Shown: positions 59,049 through 64,000 of the stretch, in pieces
Layout: each line of letters opens with the position of its first letter
Position numbering within the stretch: the stretch's first letter is position 1
Assembly (NCBI GenBank): GCA_963743405.1
Contig: CAVUPX010000013.1
Location: 287,472-351,471, forward strand
Direction: 5' to 3'
Length of the DNA: 64,000 nt
Source: an uncultured Alphaproteobacteria bacterium
GTDB taxonomy: Bacteria; Pseudomonadota; Alphaproteobacteria; Rhizobiales; Xanthobacteraceae
Program-made: the position numbers and the translations under genes
Notes under the pieces: model-generated
The model's database searches: none
Seen by the model: only the letters and a program-made list of their open reading frames with translations
What the model was told of the DNA's origin: nothing

Positions 59049-60401
59049 ATGTTCGATAAAATCCTGATCGCAAACCGCGGCGAAATTGCCCTGCGCGTGT
59101 TGCGCGCTTGCAAGGAACTCGGCATTCCGACGGTGGCGGTGCATTCCACTGCCGATGCCGACGCCATGCACGTGCGATTTGCCGATGAAAGCGTCTGCAT
59201 CGGCCCGCCTGCCGCAAAAGACAGCTACCTCAATATCCCCGCCATTCTATCGGCCTGCGAGATCACAGGCGCGGATGCCGTGCATCCCGGCTACGGATTT
59301 CTGTCGGAGAATGCGCGCTTCGCAGAAATCCTTACCGAACACGGCGTGCAATTCATCGGCCCCAAGGCGGAACACATTCGCCTGATGGGCGACAAGATCG
59401 AAGCTAAGCGCACCGCGAAGAAACTCGGCATTCCGGTCGTGCCCGGCTCGGAAGGTGGTGTCGGCTCCGACCAGGAGGCAACCAAAATCGCGGGCGGTAT
59501 CGGCTATCCAGTTCTTATCAAAGCAGCAGCCGGCGGCGGCGGCCGCGGGATGAAAGTCGCGCACTCGGCAGCCGATTTATCGGTCGCTCTCTCGACCGCA
59601 CGTGCCGAAGCAAAGGCCGCATTCGGTGACGATGCTGTCTATATCGAAAAATATCTCGAGCGGCCCCGCCATATCGAAATTCAGGTGCTTGGTGACGGCA
59701 AGGGAAATGCAATTCATCTTGGCGAGCGCGATTGTTCGCTGCAACGGCGGCACCAGAAAGTTTGGGAAGAAGGCCCCTCTCCCGCTCTCAATGCCAGCGC
59801 ACGCGACGTCATCGGCGAGACTGTGGCAAAGGCAATGCGCGAGATCGGCTATCTCGGCGTTGGAACTGTCGAGTTCCTCTATGAGGACTCCAAGTTCTAT
59901 TTCATCGAGATGAACACGCGCATACAGGTTGAGCACCCGGTGACAGAAATGATCACCGATATTGATCTCATTTTCGAGCAAATCCGCGTTGCTGCCGGCG
60001 GCAACCTCGCAATCAAACAAAGCGACGTTAAATTTGACGGCCACGCGATCGAGTGCCGGATCAATGCCGAAAACCCGGTTTCTTTTCGCCCATCACCGGG
60101 AAAAATTCTGCACTATCACGCGCCCGGCGGCCTCGGTGTGCGTATCAATTCAGCGGTGTACCAAGGCTACACCATCCCGCCCTACTATGACTCGCTTGTC
60201 GGCAAGCTGATCGTCCACGGAAAAACCCGCACCGAATGTCTGATGCGTTTGAAGCGCGCACTCGATGAAGTGGTGGTTGACGGCATCGAGACGACGTTGC
60301 CGCTCTTCCGCGCGCTTGTGCGCGAGAAGGACATCATCGACGGCAACTACCACATCCACTGGCTCGAGCAGTTTCTCGCGCGCGGCGGCATGGAACCCTA
60401 G
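59049..60401 (+). CDS. accC: acetyl-CoA carboxylase biotin carboxylase subunit
   Basis: 450 aa. [26 protein letters not shown] plus an ATP-grasp domain, full length. Confidence 0.95.
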   Translation: MFDKILIANRGEIALRVLRACKELGIPTVAVHSTADADAMHVRFADESVCIGPPAAKDSYLNIPAILSACEITGADAVHPGYGFLSENARFAEILTEHGVQFIGPKAEHIRLMGDKIEAKRTAKKLGIPVVPGSEGGVGSDQEATKIAGGIGYPVLIKAAAGGGGRGMKVAHSAADLSVALSTARAEAKAAFGDDAVYIEKYLERPRHIEIQVLGDGKGNAIHLGERDCSLQRRHQKVWEEGPSPALNASARDVIGETVAKAMREIGYLGVGTVEFLYEDSKFYFIEMNTRIQVEHPVTEMITDIDLIFEQIRVAAGGNLAIKQSDVKFDGHAIECRINAENPVSFRPSPGKILHYHAPGGLGVRINSAVYQGYTIPPYYDSLVGKLIVHGKTRTECLMRLKRALDEVVVDGIETTLPLFRALVREKDIIDGNYHIHWLEQFLARGGMEP

Positions 60402-60787
60402 GCTGGCACGCCGCCTCCGGTGAGCCGAGTCAATAGCGCACAAACGTCGGCCGGATCGTATGGCTTCGCCATAAACAGCGAGCGCGAAACCAGCGGGGAT
60501 ATTTCAGAAAGTTTGAAACGCCCCGAGGCGTACACGATCGGCATTTCCGGACGCAATTCACGCGCGCGTGCTGCAAGCTCTGCGCCGTCCATGTCGCCGG
60601 GCAAATTGATATCGGTGAAGAGCACGTCGATGTCGGCGCCGGAGTCGATGTACCGCAACGCTTCATCGGCCGTCGTCACTTCATGCACGACAAAACCGGA
60701 TGCGCTCAGTACATCGGCGACGAGATTGCTGATCAGCACCTCGTCTTCGACGACCAAGACCGAAATCGCTGCACCATCTCGGCCCAT
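60398..60787 (-). CDS. single-domain (CheY-like) response regulator
   Basis: 129 aa with the receiver-domain acidic pocket VVEDE and the phospho-acceptor context LFTDINLPG. There is no output domain. Its stop overlaps the accC stop (CTAG). Confidence 0.8.
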   Translation of the reverse strand: MGRDGAAISVLVVEDEVLISNLVADVLSASGFVVHEVTTADEALRYIDSGADIDVLFTDINLPGDMDGAELAARARELRPEMPIVYASGRFKLSEISPLVSRSLFMAKPYDPADVCALLTRLTGGGVPA

Positions 60788-60970
60788 AGATTAAGCTCCC
60801 AGTTCCGTCTTCATCCCTCGGCTAGCCAACGCAAACAGCTGCCAAGACTTCAGAATTTTGCTGCATTTATGATGTCCAAACAGTTAACAACCGCTCGCAG
60901 TACCGGTTCCCCTCCTCAGCTGCACAGCGTTGCCCTAGGATAACGCCGTCCCCTTGCCACAACTCAAGCC

Positions 60971-61648
60971 ATGGCAAATCGCGAAAACACCTTCGTCGAA
61001 ATTACACCGGAAGTGCTGCTCAAGGCCTATGCCTGCGGCATCTTCCCCATGGCCGAGAGCGCCGATGACCCGGCCCTTTACTGGATTGAGCCGGATATGC
61101 GGGGGATCATTCCCCTTGAAGGGTTTCATGTCCCCGCGCGCCTCGCGCGCACCGTTCGCTCAACGCCGTGGACGGTCCATGTTGACCGCGACTTTGATGC
61201 CGTTATCGACGGCTGCGCGGAGCCGAAGCAGGATCGTGCGCGCACCTGGATCAACATGCGCATTCGCCGCATTTACCGCGCGCTCTATGACCGCGGCCAC
61301 TGCCATTCGGTCGAGGTCTACGACGGCCACGAGCTGATCGGCGGCCTCTACGGCGTCGTGCTCGGCCGTGCCTTCTTCGGCGAAAGCATGTTTCACCGCG
61401 CGCGCGATGCATCCAAGATTGCCTTGGTGCATCTGATCGCGCGGCTCATAGCCGGAAACTATCGTCTCCTCGACACACAATACGTGACCGAACACCTCAA
61501 AACATTCGGCGCGGTGGAAGTCCCGAAACGGCGTTATCACCGGCTGCTGGAAGACGCACTGATCGGCGACGCTGATTTTGCGGCGCTCCCGCTCGATCGC
61601 CCGCTCAGCGGTGCTCAGGCATTGGCCATCATTCAAGACGAGCCCTAG
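60971..61648 (+). CDS. aat: leucyl/phenylalanyl-tRNA--protein transferase
   Basis: 225 aa with [18 protein letters not shown]...LIGGLYGV and GESMFH. Confidence 0.9.
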   Translation: MANRENTFVEITPEVLLKAYACGIFPMAESADDPALYWIEPDMRGIIPLEGFHVPARLARTVRSTPWTVHVDRDFDAVIDGCAEPKQDRARTWINMRIRRIYRALYDRGHCHSVEVYDGHELIGGLYGVVLGRAFFGESMFHRARDASKIALVHLIARLIAGNYRLLDTQYVTEHLKTFGAVEVPKRRYHRLLEDALIGDADFAALPLDRPLSGAQALAIIQDEP

Positions 61649-61676
61649 GCAGCACGCACGTCCTGCGCCGAACCGT

Positions 61677-62579
61677 CTAGCGCGGAGGCGGAGGCACAAA
61701 GCCCGGCGGCTGCGGCGGCCGCGGCGGGCGTTGCGGCTGTTGCGGCGGGCGTTGCGCCGGACGTGCAGGCTGTTTTCCTGCCGGATCAGGCGACCCTTCC
61801 GCGACGTTCGGATTCTGTCCGCCTTTGCAGTCGGTGACCCACACATCGTAGATCGGATGCTCGACCGCGTGCAGGCCCGGGCTTGCCGCGAACATCCAGC
61901 CCGTGAAGATCCGCTTGATCTCGCCCTGGAGTGTCACTTCGTCGACTTCAACAAAAGCATCGGTATTCGGCGTCTCGGTCGGCGGACGCGAATAGCAAAC
62001 GCGCGGCGTCACCTGGAGCGCACCGAATTGCACGGTTTCGTTGACGGCGACTTCGAACGAAATGATGCGGCCGGTGATTTTGTCGAGGCCTGAGAACACC
62101 GAGGTCGGATTGGCAATGCGCTGCGGCGGCGGCTCGACCACGACTTCGTCACTCGGCTGCGGTGCCGTGTTGGCGGGTTGTGGCGCGTTGCGTGGCGAAC
62201 CCGGGCCCGGCGGCAAAGCGGGCGGAGGCGCCGCCGTGGCGCCCTGTTGCGGTGGCTGGGCTGCCGGTGGTGCGGCCAAGCCGCCCGGCGGAGGCGGCAG
62301 CGGCTGCGACTGGATACCGCCGGCACCGGGCCGGTTCGACGGCGGCAAGCTCATGGGTGCGGGCAGCGGCTGTGGCGGCGGCGTGTCGCGCGCACCGGGA
62401 TAGTAAGGCGGTTGTTGTGGCTGTTGTTGCGGCCGCGATGCCGGCGCATTCGGCACATCGGCCGGCGGCCGCGGCGGACCATCGCCGCCGAAGATCGAAC
62501 CGAACTGGGCGAATGCAGGCTGCGCCACGAGCAGCGTGGCGACCGCCAATAACGCGACTGAACTGGAGCGACGCGCCAT
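61677..62579 (-). CDS. DUF2155-domain periplasmic protein with long Pro/Gln-rich regions
   Basis: ORF 61677..62582 (TTG then ATG at 62579). It has a signal peptide, and the core SVFSGLDKITGRIISFEVAVNETVQFGALQVTPRVCYSRPPTE is DUF2155. The aat-DUF2155-NDUFA12 order is typical of alphaproteobacteria. Confidence 0.8.
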   Translation of the reverse strand: MARRSSSVALLAVATLLVAQPAFAQFGSIFGGDGPPRPPADVPNAPASRPQQQPQQPPYYPGARDTPPPQPLPAPMSLPPSNRPGAGGIQSQPLPPPPGGLAAPPAAQPPQQGATAAPPPALPPGPGSPRNAPQPANTAPQPSDEVVVEPPPQRIANPTSVFSGLDKITGRIISFEVAVNETVQFGALQVTPRVCYSRPPTETPNTDAFVEVDEVTLQGEIKRIFTGWMFAASPGLHAVEHPIYDVWVTDCKGGQNPNVAEGSPDPAGKQPARPAQRPPQQPQRPPRPPQPPGFVPPPPR

Positions 62580-62691
62580 CAAGATCCGGTTTTTCCGCTG
62601 GCCGGCGTGAATTCGCCTGACGCCGGTAGCAACGCCCGGTTAACACGGGGAATACGGCGGTGGAAGGGCAGCCCCAGCGCCTGAAATCACC

Positions 62692-62820
62692 ACAAACTCC
62701 GGTCATTCCCGCGGAAGTGGATCGGGGCGCGCCCCACTCGCCTCTTCCGCTCGTCCCCGCGAAAGCGGGGACCCAGGATCCGGACTATTCGCCTCGAAAT
62801 ATTGCGCGGGAATGAGCGGA
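62692..62820. repeat. REP-like palindromic repeat cluster, with module X nested between the arms of module Z
   Basis: Y is ACAAACTCCG (62692-62701). The Z left arm is ATTCCCGC (62705-62712). X is CCGCTCGTCCCCGCGAAAGCGGGGACCCAGGA (62747-62778). The Z right arm is GCGGGAATGAGCGGA (62806-62820). Confidence 0.75.
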
Positions 62821-62847
62821 GTGAGTTCAGACTTGGCCAAGGCCCGA

Positions 62848-63267
62848 CTACTGTTTGCCGCTGCCTGGCGACCACGCCTTATAGTCGCCGGTCGCTTTCG
62901 GACGGCGGCCGGCAGCGAGAGTCGAACCCGGCGGCCGTAATGCGCCCGGCGTGCCCGTCATGTTCGGCCGGTGCGGCTTTTGCCAAGGGCGCGGCTTGTA
63001 ATTTTCCTGGGTCGGAGGGGTGTCGACGGTGTGGTGCAACCAGCCGTGCCAGGACGGCGGGACACTCGAGGCTTCCGTGTATCCGTTGTAGATCACCCAG
63101 CGCCGCTCGAAGCCGAGCGTCTTGTCGATTTTGCCTCCGGTGGTGCGGTAATAGCGGTTGCCGAATTCGTCATCGCCGACAACTTCGCCATACATCCAGG
63201 TCCAGAATTGGGTCCCGAATGTCTGCGAATTCCACCAGGTGAAGAGCTTGAGCAGGAAACTTTTCAT
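62848..63267 (-). CDS. NDUFA12-family (NADH:ubiquinone oxidoreductase 17.2-kDa subunit-like) protein
   Basis: This is the C-terminal 139 codons of ORF 62848..63816, starting at the ATG 63267. MKSFLLKLFTWWNSQTFGTQFWTWMYGEVVGDDEFGNRYY is the NDUFA12 signature. The upstream part of the ORF is antisense to mscS and was rejected. Confidence 0.85.
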   Translation of the reverse strand: MKSFLLKLFTWWNSQTFGTQFWTWMYGEVVGDDEFGNRYYRTTGGKIDKTLGFERRWVIYNGYTEASSVPPSWHGWLHHTVDTPPTQENYKPRPWQKPHRPNMTGTPGALRPPGSTLAAGRRPKATGDYKAWSPGSGKQ

Positions 63268-63402
63268 CGCTGCCGCGCATTGAAAACGATTGGAACGCGG
63301 GCGTTTTGCCACCTCACTGCCGCATTGTCCAGCGGCGGGAAAACGGCCTCGGGTATCAAAGGCCATATTCGCCGCTTGTTTCATGGATGATATTAAAGCC
63401 GC

Positions 63403-64000
63403 ATGGATTCGCTCAGAGCCGCGCTGACCTGGATCAAAGACCTTCTCGAGTGGCTGCCTGATCCGGTCGTCGCATTGGTGATCCTCGCGATCGCGGTGCT
63501 CGTTGCGCTCGCATTGCACCAGTGGGCGCGCAAGCTGGTGCGCAAGGCGCTCGCAGGGCGATACCCCTACCTCTTTTCGACCTTTACGCAGACGCGCGGC
63601 CTTTCCCGGCTTGCGCTGCTGATTCTGGCGATGATCATCGCCATTCCGGTTGCGCCGGTGCCGCCTGAGACCGCGGCACTGCTCACGCGATTGATGGCGG
63701 TAGCGGTGATCGGCTTGGTCGGCTGGGGTCTGATCATCGCACTCCACATCGCCGCCGATCTCTACCTGCGGCGTTTCCGCCTCGACGTCGATGACAATCT
63801 GCTGGCGCGCAAACACAACACCCAGGTGCGCGTCCTCTCACGCACCATCGACGTGCTGCTGGTGATGCTCACACTCGGCGCTGCGCTGATGACCATCCCC
63901 GCGGTGCGCCAATACGGCATCAGCCTGTTTGCGTCCGCCGGCGTCGCCGGCATCATCGCGGGCCTCGCCGCACGGCCGGTGCTGAGCAACCTGATGGCGG
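63403..64000 (+). CDS. MscS-family mechanosensitive channel, N-terminal part (runs off the right edge)
   Basis: Not in the ORF track because there is no stop in the window. From the ATG at 63403 it reads MDSLRAALTWIKDLLEWLPDPVVALVILAIAVLV... with several TM segments, ending in FASAGVAGIIAGLAARPVLSNLMA, the MscS pore-helix signature. Confidence 0.75.
   Translation, partial: MDSLRAALTWIKDLLEWLPDPVVALVILAIAVLVALALHQWARKLVRKALAGRYPYLFSTFTQTRGLSRLALLILAMIIAIPVAPVPPETAALLTRLMAVAVIGLVGWGLIIALHIAADLYLRRFRLDVDDNLLARKHNTQVRVLSRTIDVLLVMLTLGAALMTIPAVRQYGISLFASAGVAGIIAGLAARPVLSNLMA

Noticed and set aside
61160-61846. 228-aa minus-strand ORF
   Set aside because: It is antisense to aat and overlaps the DUF2155 gene out of frame. 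It is Arg-rich shadow-ORF sequence.
63268-63816. N-terminal 183 codons of the 322-aa ORF 62848..63816
   Set aside because: Only the last 139 codons (from ATG 63267) are NDUFA12-like. The upstream part is Arg/Gln/His-rich nonsense and overlaps the MscS gene on the opposite strand.
1-64000. Search for CRISPR arrays, tRNA/rRNA genes, transposases, integrases, prophage genes, toxin-antitoxin pairs or known defence systems
   Set aside because: None was seen. There are no spaced direct-repeat arrays, no IS-like inverted terminal repeats, and every large ORF has a housekeeping or metabolic assignment. The window appears to be ordinary core chromosome apart from the small islet at about 7.4-9.7 kb.

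Overview
This is a 64-kb stretch of a GC-rich alphaproteobacterial chromosome. Gene content and order look like conserved core genome of a Bradyrhizobiaceae/Nitrobacteraceae-type organism: hom-aminotransferase, phaC, argC, parE, nifS-sufBCDS-sufT-sufA, tyrS, yhdP-like, bcp, prfB-mrcA-amiC-rne, phaZ, aroQ-accB-accC, aat-DUF2155-NDUFA12. The taxon is my inference from protein sequences and intergenic palindromic repeats, not a database search. I call about 58 protein-coding genes. I found no rRNA or tRNA genes, CRISPR arrays, transposases, integrases, phage genes or recognisable defence genes. I did not find a convincing new multi-gene system. The points most worth a second look are these. (1) Two normally indispensable genes, sufB and rne, are each broken by a single +1-type frame disruption (both gene spans are 3n+1 nt). 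Both breaks sit just downstream of SD-like sequences, and the same window carries the canonical prfB programmed +1 frameshift. Sequencing error is the most likely explanation. (2) A small SET-domain methyltransferase has an SV40-like KKKRK C-terminal cluster, and its 3' end overlaps a heavily deleted anmK remnant. (3) An Irr-type ICE box and a perfect 9+9 inverted repeat lie in the suf promoter region. (4) An AT-richer islet between argC and dedA encodes two secreted proteins, including an isochorismatase-fold protein without the nucleophile Cys. The islet also holds an orphan plus-strand terminator that may mark an sRNA. (5) Modular REP-like palindromic repeats occur at two loci, one nested inside another. 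Many long antisense ORFs in the track are GC-driven artefacts and were rejected. All coordinates come from manual reading cross-checked against ORF-track frames. Several start codons are uncertain.
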